Below are positions 1 through 51,100 of a DNA stretch of 64,000 nt, in pieces (position 1 is the first letter of the stretch; every line of letters begins with the position of its first letter). The notes below the pieces were generated by a model. The model ran no database searches. It worked only from the letters and a program-made list of their open reading frames with translations, and was not told where the DNA came from. The translations under genes and the position numbers were made by a program. The stretch is taken from the NCBI GenBank assembly GCA_051294905.1, contig CM119376.1, positions 24,366,001-24,430,000 on the forward strand, given 5' to 3'. Source of the DNA: Botryllus schlosseri (Eukaryota).

Positions 1-6
1 TTTTCT

Positions 7-1122
7 GTGTCTTGTTCAGGCAATTCTGATTTACCTAGACCATCTCTTGCTCCGCATGCCCTGGATGATTCTCAGCTGGGATTGAATAGTCGACCACAGC
101 CGCCCCTAGCTCATGGTGATCATTTGGAGTTGCCGAGGGCGGGCCGAATGCCCAGCAAGTTTAATTCATATGATGACAATATATTGATGCCTCATTCATT
201 AACTTCCAAATTGACCCCTATCACTTTTGACGGCCAAGCGAAGGACTATCATTTGTTTATACAATATTTCAATCAGATTGTGGAGAGGTTTCCTTATGAC
301 CCCTCTGAAAAGCTTTCATTTTTAATTCAAAGCTGCACGGGCTCAGCTAAGCAAGCCATTGAACATTTTGTGATTATCAAACCCCCAAGCCTTGGTTATG
401 AAAAGGCCAAGCAAACGTTGGAATTTCGTTTCGGAAACAGAAATCTTATAATACAGGCCCATATTAAACAAATTACAGAAGGGCGTCGCTTGAAACCTAA
501 TGATCCCGATGCTTTATATGATTTTGCAACAAAGATGCGAAATTGCTGGATCATTTTATCAAATTGGAATTTACATCTTATGCTTGATGCTCACTGCTAT
601 TTGGAGGCTATCTTCAAACGTTTGCCATATCATTTGCAGTTGGATTTTGTTCGGGAAGCTTGGATCCATGGTCCGGACCCAAGCTATGAGAAATTGTTGA
701 ATTTTGTTGAATTGAGAGCGTATGTTAACAATACGTTTTATGGAAAGATATTGGCACAGGACATGAAAGGTGATTCCATTTCAAACCCATCCTATATGCC
801 TAAGTCTCGAAGCGCTCAAACATTTGCAACTGTAACTAACAATCATCCTATTACGTACTGTACAAATGAATTGGATCAAGTGGCTACAAACCCAAAATGT
901 CCTTGTTGTGATGAGCCACACAGTATTTACAGATGTGAAAGGTACAATACTATGAACCGGAACCAGAAAATGGAACTTGTTCTTCATAAGAACCTATGCT
1001 TTAATTGTCTAAGTAATGGTCATGGTAACGCTGAATGCAAATCAGTCAACACGTGTTTGACCTGTAATTGGAAACACCATACCTCATTGCATGGAGCAAG
1101 ATTCCCTCGCAAGGGAATGTAG
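7..1122 (+). CDS. BEL/Pao gag-like protein (DUF1759-type region plus Cys/His zinc knuckles)
   Basis: Motifs FDGQAKDYHLFIQYF, EKLSFLIQSCTGSAKQAI, LEFRFGNRNLIIQAHI and the knuckle cluster CPCCDEPHSIYRC...LCFNCLSNGHGNAEC...CLTCNWKHHTSLH, typical of BEL/Pao gag. Confidence 0.88.
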   Translation: MSCSGNSDLPRPSLAPHALDDSQLGLNSRPQPPLAHGDHLELPRAGRMPSKFNSYDDNILMPHSLTSKLTPITFDGQAKDYHLFIQYFNQIVERFPYDPSEKLSFLIQSCTGSAKQAIEHFVIIKPPSLGYEKAKQTLEFRFGNRNLIIQAHIKQITEGRRLKPNDPDALYDFATKMRNCWIILSNWNLHLMLDAHCYLEAIFKRLPYHLQLDFVREAWIHGPDPSYEKLLNFVELRAYVNNTFYGKILAQDMKGDSISNPSYMPKSRSAQTFATVTNNHPITYCTNELDQVATNPKCPCCDEPHSIYRCERYNTMNRNQKMELVLHKNLCFNCLSNGHGNAECKSVNTCLTCNWKHHTSLHGARFPRKGM

Positions 1123-1316
1123 TGTGCATGCAGCCCATTACTAGCATAGCGGAAAACTTACCGTAGAGGACCTGGTCCTCTTATATGATGATATAACTCA
1201 GAGATGTATTGGCCCTTTGGAATCATTCAAGATGTGTTTCCTGACAAATTTGGCGAAGTTTGAAGGGTTTCTGTGCATATCTGTGCATATTCCTTTCGAA
1301 CTATTTGGGCTCGGCA

Positions 1317-1663
1317 TGTTAGCCACGCTCAAACGTAACAATGGGTGTCATGCTTAAGTGATTTTCTGTGCTCAATACTTGTCTGTTTATTTCCTTCGGC
1401 CTCATGTTCTTAGCAAGATGTGTGTAGTGCAGTAATTTGTCAGGCTTAAATTGGTTGCATTGAGACCTTTATTTAGTTAGTAAATGATTGAATATTCGTA
1501 TGTTCCTGCATTATATTATAGTGTAGCGATATTTGGTGTACCACTTGAACTTGGTGCTTTCTATGTGCGGCTTTGGCCACCTACAATAAACGGTTGCCCT
1601 GGAGGGATGCATAGTGCCGAGTGATTGATGCGTATACTACCACACTATCGCCAATACTCCACA
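1317..1663 (+). repeat. Putative 3' LTR of the BEL/Pao element
   Basis: Begins TGTTAG after a degenerate purine tract (GGGCTCGGCA), contains AATAAA near 1586 and ends CCACA. The partner LTR is not in the window, so the boundaries are inferred. Confidence 0.55.
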
Positions 1664-1686
1664 AATATTGCTGGTGTTATTTTAAC

Positions 1687-41076
<39,390 letters not shown>

Positions 41077-44000
41077 GGCCGAAAGGAAATCTTACGGTTG
41101 CAGAAATATTGATGAAGTATTTACCCAGTCTCTTTTTTATAAGATACAAACTTAACTGATTTAGGCACCAGTAAAATCATATATCAGTTGAAGTCGACCA
41201 AACCGCGGTACACCTAATCAAAGCAGCGTACCGTACATGCCCGACCGACCTGCATTTGTAGAACGAGAGTATATATTTCATTAAAAATGCATGCGTACCA
41301 GGCAAACATATCGAGAATCGGAGATTCGCCCGGACCATTTCAGCATGATGCAAGCACTCAGAGGATAAGGATAAACCAAGTTCCAAAAATAAATTTCAAG
41401 ACATAAAAACAGTGGCTAACTAGACAGCACGCAAGAAACGAATACTAATACGACGAATAGGAATCATCCGATTGGCGGAGGAAAGGCTAAAAGAGAGTCC
41501 ATCGATTGTCATCATCAGTTCGCGAGCAACGTTGGGACGATGAATGTTGGAACCTCTCAGCGATCGATTTCATAGAATTTACACCAACATACATAGACGC
41601 AAGAAAAATATGTATTAACGCGACAATCTTCTTGGAGCATATTTCCGCATAACATAAATACAGTCATGATTTAATTTTATGGCGTTAACCTGTCTTCAAA
41701 AACACATCTACCGTAAACTGCTCATACATAGGTATATAGCAAGCCTTATCAAGCAGCGTTATGCGGTTTGGAATAGACTTCAAATATCCGGAGCTTGGTG
41801 TAACCTGAAATACTGACGAGTGAACAGGACTATAGCCGTGGTCGCCACCGCACTAGTATCGCATTAGATATTCAGTTTATCAAATTCCCAGCATACGAAG
41901 ATACAGTACTCCGAGTCAATGCTGAAGTGACATGGCCAGTTCTTTCTTGTATATTTTCTTTGTGTTGTTTTGTTAAACTGTTATTGACCAACAATCATAT
42001 GATAGGGTTCCCATATTTTGAGTTCCGGAAAAGAGGAGACTATTTACAAATCACAAAACTTATAAAATCGAACGAGAAAACAGGTAATTCGAAAATTTTT
42101 ACTATAGGAGGACATTTTCGATTTCTTTAAAAATGAGGACAAAGCCTTCTATAGGAGGAAGAATGGTAACTATTGGGGATTGTGCGAACCCCCGAAAGGT
42201 TCAGGTTCGTGTGAACTCGAGCCTTTTTGAAAGGTTCTGTGTGAACGCGAACGTGAACCTTGTGGCGTCACGACACGTCAGTTTGCTAATTCCAACCCTG
42301 CAATTCAGTGAAGTTATATACAATGTAGTACACGATACCTATAGCGACGACTCAAGCCAAATTATGTCACAATGTTGAAGTACATGCTGACTTTTTAAAC
42401 GTCACCAAATGTATCAACTGATGCAATCAAATGCTATAATAATCCCACAAAATCAATATTGTACGTCGCGTTGCCAACAATTTCGACGAGGACTTGCAAG
42501 GGAATATAAGCTTACGCCTCGGTCGAAGCCAGACCGGACAATGTATTAGGCGTCTGACTATTGTCACATTGATATTGAGAAGAGTGTTAAACGGGTTTCT
42601 ATACTTGCTGTCGATATTACCCCATAAACAAGTTATACAGTAGCCAACAATCCAATCGTACAGATTTGGTTTTGTGATACAATAAACATATAAAATCAAG
42701 ATGGATCACGTATGCCCGCTGGATTTTTTTACATTAGACAACGACGTATTCATTATATCAATCTCAATGATTGGATGAATAAGCATCATTCGCTGAGTGT
42801 ATTTCGTTCATGATGTTGTGTGATTGCGGGTCAAGTTTACAACAGAGACTCACTAAATATTCACAAACGGAAAGCTGAATATTTCGATCAAACCTTTGTA
42901 ATTGTAACAAAGCAACTAAAACTTTTGACATTGACAAGGTGCATCCTCGTTTAGTGTTTTTTTTATACTGTCAGCGCCTTGCATAGAGTGGTCCGAAGTT
43001 GAGATGCAAAGAATTCAGACCAAAGACGTTATAATGACGTGAAATATTCTAATACATGAAAAAGGCTAACAGTGCAGAACCTGCCAAGGTTCGTTTGTGA
43101 ACGTGAACCTCTAAATTTCACACACAACCTCACGTTCGCACCATATCTAGAACTATATTATATGATATATGGCCTACGTGCACCATCATTAGTATGCGGT
43201 ATCGTAGCACGTTGTCACTTGTGACGTTTTCATACTGAGAATAATAACAAGCCTTATAACCACGACCCTCAATCTTCGGAATCGTGCCACTGTCTTAGAA
43301 TTTTAACAAACCACCATTATTTCCACTGTAATTACGTTTTTCTATTGTTATATGGTTACCATACGTCCTCTTTCAAGAGGATTTGTCCTCTTGTCTCAAT
43401 AAATTGAAAGTGTCCTCGGAGGACGCCTAAATGTCCTCTTTTTTGGGGAATTTGTGCTCTAAATGCCATGGAAAATGCGCCTCCGACGCAGCGAACGTCA
43501 GAGTTTCGTAAGAAATGGGGTAAATTGGGCGTCGAGTAAAAGTGACAGCCATTTTTTTTAGTCAACACCACACACTATCGTAAAAAAGCGGGTAATTCGA
43601 GAGACGGGCCAAAGTAATATCGGTCGAAAATTTGCAAAATCACCAGATTTCCTGTCCGGTTCTGAAGCCGTCAGAACTTACGAAAAGTGTCCACTTCTTA
43701 GGATCTCAAAATATGGTAAACGTATTTATTAGTAGGCTACCGCTAAGCTTTTATTGCTGATCAACAACGTCACTATCTATCAGGTCGTAGATGAACAGTG
43801 AACACTGAACAGATTATCTGTCTGTCTTCCGAAGGAGTCTCAATCCTCAGGGCGCATTCACACTATAAACACGCAATTGCCGACTTCACGAAATAGGCTA
43901 TAGCTTACACAGTTCACCCTTCGCACGGGTGCGGAAACTGGAAGAATCATACATAAGGCAATAAAAAGTTAATTTTTGTGAACAAATATGACAATATGTC

Positions 44001-44372
44001 CTAATGAAGCTTCCTGTATACTCTGGGACCTGATCCAAAAGATGTTGTTACTACCAACGTGGCACTCAAGATAACCATCGAAAACCATAACGATAACCAT
44101 TCTGTTGTTTCACTTCCGCAATCAATCTAACCCTGATATTCTTTGCCCTCTGTGATTTAAAATCATCTGCATGCAGTATATTTTGATTCGCGGTCATACC
44201 ACAAACAGACAATCCTGAAAATAAATTCTTGCCGATTAGAAGCTCTGACCAATCCACAATGTCACCTCATAGCCTGCATGTTATCGCTATCGACCCGGCA
44301 CCTTTACATAACCAGCCTCCGGTTGAAGAAACGAGCTACGCGCTATCCCGCTGAATCTAGCGGTGGTGAGTT

Positions 44373-44432
44373 TGACGTCATCCGTTCAGCTGTTCCTTGG
44401 CTGATAAGCACTTGCGCCAGAGAGCAGCCAAT
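44373..44432. promoter_or_regulatory. Candidate cis-regulatory cluster 3.3 kb upstream of the RyR ATG
   Basis: TGACGTCA (CRE) 44373-44380, CAGCTG (E-box) 44387-44392, GATAAG 44403-44408 and CCAAT near 44428, in CpG-rich sequence. Motif match only. Confidence 0.35.
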
Positions 44433-46502
44433 CTCAATTAGACCGCGACAAATACCACATCTACCGAAGACGTCGTGCCGCGCAACGCAACTCTATGCGA
44501 TGAAGACAACAAACGAAAATACACAGACTTCATCAGATGACGGAATTGGTGGCTTTATGGCGATGAACAACATAGGCTACATAGTACATACATAACAACA
44601 TACGAAGTCTGGCGCCGACGGAAGCGCAAATACTATCACTGCTCAACCTATTCTACAGGTTGCAAAAAAGCTGCATATATTGCGTATCCGTCACGTTACA
44701 ATTGTACGCCGTCCAGTGTCCACTGCACGGAATTCACGTCAACTTCATAATCAAAGCAGCTCGTGTGCGAGTCATAGGGATCGCCAACGATACCGAGATT
44801 CCTAATTTGAGTAGGGGAGATTTTAACATACCACAGCCAGAGCCTGAAAATTCGTGGGACCAAAACGATAGCACTTCTCAAAATCGCGGGACAATTTACG
44901 AAATCCTCCTCGCGTTTGCCACAGTACATACAAATATCAGTCCCTACGCTACAGGTTACCGAAAAACGGCACACGCCGAGCTCACTAAGTTCATTTTTAC
45001 AATAGGCGACCTCAGGATTGCAAAACTTTTGGGATAGGAACAATATTTCCACAATCTCGTAACGTCACGATGTCCGCGCCAAAACTTCTTGGGGTATACG
45101 GATTGCCCTTTGGTCCCTCTGGCCTTGCATTTTACGCTAATGCCCAACCCTCCCAGCTCGCGACAGCCACAGACACAAGCGATATAGTCCAATGTGTATT
45201 GAGCAAAACGACGGACTGGTTTCGCGGAGCAGAAATTTGATAGCGAATCGCGAGGAAATTCATACGTCACAGTGAAAAGAACAATCGAATCCGAACGAGG
45301 TCGTTCCAATAAAATATGGCGAACCGCAGTTCGACCGAACGGTGCATAGCATGACACGGTAGCCTAGCGGTAAGTGCGCACTGTAGCTGCAAAGCTGTTG
45401 CGATCATCGTGCAGCCAAATTCATCTTGGAAATTCCCATTTCTAGATGCATGCCAACTCGAAATACATCCACTATGAGCGGAGAAACCGTCAAGAACTAA
45501 AATCTTTTGATAAGACGACACACACTGGGATGTTGTGTATGTCACAATGCGACACCAGTGAGTTCGCGCCTTATTTAGTGGAAATGCGAGATCAAGCGTA
45601 CCATTTCCGGAAATATGTAAAGATGGTTTCTTGTAAATCTTACAAATGTCCTCAAGTTACTGATAGTCAACCACGAAGGATCCTGAAGGAGCTCTGAGAA
45701 GTGCCCCTCTGAGGGTTAAGGTGCCAGTAATTAACTACATACAAAGCGTAATAACTCAAATGCAAAAGAAAATTATGCCATCAAATCGTAAAATTCATTT
45801 TATCACCAAACAGGTTCGAGTCTTCATTAAACAACGATTAACCAAGGCAAGATTGTAATAATTGCTGAATGTGCCATCTCGGATTTGCGAAGGTTTGCTG
45901 CTACTCATTTTGTGAACACTCAAAAGCATTTTTCAAATACCAGACATATTGGATACACAAAACATGCGAATTAGCGAATGCTTGAAAGATCATGTCTCAA
46001 ACAGTTTCAGAAACAATTCTCATCGATTATACGGAACACGACCATGAAGGTACAATAAGAGAGATATAAAAAAAACTCACATACATCAATAGACAGGACA
46101 ATGGAGTAATAGTTAAGAGTACGGAGACGAGATCAAAATTGAATGAAACACGGTAAAATTAATGCATCTGACATGGCCATTTTGCTAGTACAGACTATAT
46201 GACGGATGTAAAAAAATGATCTTCAGAGCTCAACTTGACGAACCCACAGTATCATTAGACACTGAATTTTTACTATGAAGCCTGCGTGCAAATGCGTATC
46301 CAAGACATTGATAATAATAATTGATCATTGTGTACCCGCGATGGTACGCGTTACTAGCAATTATGCTACTTCAATACAATCGTCAATGTTCTCAATAGCT
46401 GTACCATGGTGGATTCCGACAACACGCGTCTGCAGCAAAGCCCCACAATCCATTGAAGAGTTCAGTGCTGTATTCCGGAACAAACTATGACCCTTGGAAC
46501 AC

Positions 46503-47942
46503 TCACACTGTCAATCTTTTCAGCCGAACCATCAACCAGGCGCGTGGCAATCTCACATGGCATTTAATATCAAAAGCACTCTCATCTTCAGGACACGCAT
46601 CTGCATAAGCCATCACACGACTGTGGGGTCGGATTCTTCCGTCGGTGATCCCACAGTTGGCGACGTCAGCTTGATGTGAGTAGGGTCGGAATTTTCGAGA
46701 AGCGGTCCGCACAAATCTGAACAAGACATAATAATAAGAACAGAATCATGTTCATACGGCAAACAGCAATCTCATCATGCATGTAATGAAGATGAATGAT
46801 GATTCCGGTGAGGAGAACGGCACTAAATAAAACACCAAGGAAGCTCGGGTAGAACAGACAACAGGGCTGGGGAGACGCACACATTCTCATACGACTCCAA
46901 CACCGATTCGTAAGATTCAACCTAGCGTATCTAGTCTCTGACTTCCAACTGCTAAAAATTTAAGTCGCTAAGTCGCCACTCTTGACACCGAGTTGGTCAG
47001 CATCCGAGTACTCCTACTTTTCTGGAGTACTCAACCAGTTTTAAGAAAACATACTAAATTTTTACGCTTTGGATTTTGAAAAGCATATAATGTAGTTTTG
47101 AGATAAGTTTGCTGCAATTTTATGAGACAAATTGTCAAAACAGAAGCAGGTAGAAGCCCAGGTATCACAGTAAATGAATATATTTTCAGAGGTTGCAACT
47201 ATTTGTAGTGTAATCAGTGATTTCGCGCCAGTCGTGAAGATGCATCATACGATTTCGAGAGTACCAAATTCCGAATAATAGCTAAAAATTTTGCGACCCC
47301 TTGCCCATATCTACCTTTTGAAGTTCGTTACATATGTAGGCTACTTTCTGAAACCTTGTTTTTCTACCTTCATTGGAAGTGGTTTAGACATACCGGGATT
47401 GCCATTTCTACTTGTAATTGGGTAGAAATTAACTACTTCTACTTGAGTAACAATGCAGACTAATTTGACCACCTCTGCTTGAACAGACTCAGGACACAGT
47501 CAGTTTTCAAATAGGACCAATGGCGCCTACTCCCGACTCTTACTGATAACTTGATTCCAAATACAAGCTCTATGTGAAAATTACTATCCCACTGTGAGTC
47601 AGAAAAATTTTGCAGTGACCCTTACTCTGGACGATTAAAATTTGCTACTCCCTCCCACCCCCGACTCCAACTCAACCAGTCCTGACAGAGATTGTGCACG
47701 TCTGCAGAAGTGAAGAAAAAACAACAATCTTCCACATTAAAGATGTCAGTCGGTACGTTGAAAAGTCTATCCAAAATGAGTAATTCAGATGCAGTGCCGC
47801 GTGACTCTCGACAGCCGAGAACTAAAAGACATACAGGTGCGTTGTATCCTTTTGTGAAGCAGAGAGGCGTAACGCTAATCACAAATCGACATTGGCTCAG
47901 GATAAGCTCATCCAACGTCTGGTACTGGCAAGGGGTGACTTC
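46503..47942 (-). CDS. Candidate terminal exon(s) of the SUSD-like gene
   Basis: Phase-compatible options: 47908-47942 (GSHPLPVPDVG*), or 47626-47701 (strong acceptor and GTAAG donor) followed by 46503-46716. Not resolvable without RNA data. Confidence 0.45.
46988..47477. mobile_element. MITE family with CAGAGGTGGTCA-like TIR and TACTT/GAGTAC arrays
   Basis: Ends TGACCACCTCTG and carries the GGAGTACTCAA motif. Related copies or fragments at about 3020-3410, 7205-7720, 18965-19210, 28640-28850 and 34085-34398 (boundaries approximate). Confidence 0.6.
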
Positions 47943-48109
47943 CTAATAGGTTGTGGCTTACAGTTAGAAGATGTAATGATATAAGATGGCCGAGTCATCC
48001 AAAGGGCTAATTAAATTCACAAGCAACCAACCATGTATTATAGGTGAGGCTATGGTGCATAAATCCAAAACTAGAGCTACAAAAGAACACAAAAGCTTAG
48101 ATAGCATAC

Positions 48110-51100
48110 CGTCCTCATCAAGACATTCCAACTGTGGTTCGCACTCTTCAGCGTCTGCAGAATTGACATCGAAGGCCTCTTGCTTCACGTCATGTGTGTT
48201 AATGTCCTCATAATTTGTGACAACATTAAAAGAGTCCGGCTGTGAGACACCTTCGGAAAGATCTTCACTGGGTGCCGGTGGAAAGTTCAATAAACTCCTT
48301 TCCAAATCGATCAAGACAGGCTGCCTGGCAACGGCAGGTCTTGACGAGCTCGGAAGTATCGAATCCAAGTTACAATCGGAGCGGAACTCGTTGGATTGCG
48401 TCCTCCATAACTCGTCATCTTGCACGGGCGGCTCATGGCTTAAAAAAATTTCGCTACCATCCGATAATGTTGAGGGCGGGGGATTTATCATAACGCAAGC
48501 GTCTATTGAAGTTCCGGCAGTCAACAACAAGGACTGTGAACTAGATATTCCATTGCCCTCGCCTGAATTCTGCTCAGAGTTTATTAAATGTTCAGTGGAA
48601 CTGTTATGCAACGCTGCGGATAAATCGTTATCTGATATGGCACGAGGCCTCTGTTCGTAGGTCGGAAAATCTCTCGCGTTATCAAAGTTCCGTTCATCGT
48701 ACACATCTCTGGACGTAGTCGCTTCTTGATAACTGGGCAGAGTGATCCGACGGCCGTCGATAATCAATTCGTCCTGCAACAGAAATCAATATTTCTCAGT
48801 ACCAAAACGACACTGCGTGTGATGGCATTTGTTTGTATGGGTAAGGTTCGTAATTCCCAAAAAGATATAACAACAATATTATACAAGTGCCTAAGGCAGG
48901 GGTGGGCAAACGACGGCCCGCAACACCGGTTTGTGCAGTCAGCGAAAGCCTCAAGAAACGCTGTCAAAACATTGATAAAGTGCGTACTAAAAATCAAATT
49001 ACTGTGGGTACTTGATTAAACTTCTTCCTAATTTATTTCAACATGATAACGATAAGTTCTATTTTGACTACAGTATTTTTTAATTTATTGATGGCGCTAT
49101 AGCCTGACCTCGAGGCCCATGCATTTTGAAAGGTTTCAATTGCTAAACATCGCTGAAAGTGAAACATAAATGACTTAATCAGAACCAGAAGCGTGATTTC
49201 AGATTGGCAACACAAGCAAGTTCATTACTTTTGGTGCTTTACTTGGAAAAACCGATTCGCGAGTGTGTTAGATGGATTCGTTCTTTGTATGTGTAGAAGT
49301 ATTTATATTTATAATATTTATATATCGTAGAAGAGTTTTTAAAGGTAACATGGCAATGATGCTGTCAGCATTCTGTTAAACCAAAAGTACAATCAGCAAA
49401 TCTATTAACAGATTGCCGCCCACAGACTCTAAATTTACATCAGTTCCAAGAATCGGGATAACGGACTTTCATCTCTCATTTTGACAATGAGGACGATCGA
49501 CGAGTGTACGTTATCATCAAATCAATGTTTGGTTTGTTTTAAATATGCAAAAACATATATATATATTATTTTCATTTTGTTGGTCACTATATCATTAAAT
49601 TACAATATTGAATTTTGGCTTGGAATCACAATTTTACATGGTACGGGCCGCGAATGGATTCAAATGTTGAATGCGGCCCACGAGCTAAAAAGTTTACCCA
49701 ACCCTGATCCAAGGTATTATGCCTACGTTGAAGTACATTAGACTCTGGTACACAGGAGAAAGAAAAGCTTTACAGCAAAATTGAAAGCACTCCACATTGC
49801 GTTTTTCAATACTTGATCGATAATATTACAGACAACTTCCCATGTGATAATAAATGAGCATCAAGTTGCCAATTATCATAAAATATACAGTATGCACGTC
49901 AAGCCAGAAATGTTTGACAAGAAACAATATTATGGTTCATAATACAGAATCGAAACGCTGCTAACAATAACTACTTTACTGAATGATCATGATTATAGAT
50001 CATAAAAGAGGAACCACAAGTGAACAAAGTTCCTGCACTGTTGCCAAGTGATCTCATGTCTAATTAACAAGAAGGAATGAAATTAATACCCAGAAAAGCG
50101 CTAATTTCCTACAAATGCCAAGACATGATGGATGTGAACAAACGCCACCGTGAGGTACTTTCTGTTGTAGTATCATGAACAGCAAACAAACATATATCAC
50201 GCAGAACCTCAAGATTATGTTATGAAAGTTATTTACCTCATCATCTCGAAGTTCCCTCCATCTACGTTTTATGTCGATAAGCTTAGGACGGCACAATGCA
50301 AATATAATCACAGCAGACAGAAGAACCAACACACCAGCCGCGACACCAAACACCTGCTTCAAGGTTTCGTCGCTAACCGACACTTCCTCCGTCCTGGTGC
50401 TGTTGCCTTCAAGGAAAACAGTTTGTGTTGAATAATGGTCAGAAAACATCCTAACCAGAACACGAAAATTTTGGTGGAATACCGAACGGTCGGTTACTGA
50501 TAGCCGGAAAGATTATGCCAACCATTGCAGTGGCATTCACTGCTATGTCCGAAAGCACAAAATGTTTTAAATTAATCTTTGGTTGCCTTTGTAGCTGTCA
50601 TGTAATCAAGTCAATAACAAACTGTGTCAAATCAGTGAAAGATAAGTAGTTTGTGTCTTGAAAAATTTTATGGTGCAAGAATTGGGAAGTTTGAGTTTAG
50701 TTTGTTGTAATCACCTAAAGTTTCGATTTCAGTATTTACAATCCTGTCAGTGAACTTAGGAACAATGTTCCATCTTTGCGCAGTGCTGACACGGTCTCTG
50801 CGCACAGAAAATCTAAGTTGCGCATAAAAAATCCGAAATGATGACCTTTTTCTTTTAGTGGTTACGCACACTCACCAACTCACTGCGCAGACTCATCAAA
50901 AATCAGAGGGAACATTGCTTCGGAATATCAGTGGTTGAGTTTGCTTTATCAGAGAACTTGGCAATATTATGACCCCATGAGATCCAGATCATCATTTAGC
51001 CTGCCACATTAGTGTATCGGCACTTTTAGATAAAAAACAGAGGGGTCAAAGGCCAAATTTCAAGATGAACTGCATGTAAGGCAGGCTTGGAGTTGGTGAG

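Larger units (their letters stand above)
1..1663 (+). mobile_element. BEL/Pao LTR retrotransposon, internally deleted, antisense in a RyR intron (5' part outside the window)
   Basis: A gag ORF at 7-1122 is followed almost directly by a frameshifted integrase C-terminal remnant (LTVEDLVLLYDD...WPFGIIQDVFPDKFGEV*RVSV, about 1150-1280) and then a putative LTR running TGT...ACA. Confidence 0.85.

Noticed and set aside
50668-50871. Additional SUSD-like exon between sushi 3 and the TM exon
   Set aside because: Phase-1 entry leads to a stop, and exon 51277 joins 50406 cleanly without it.
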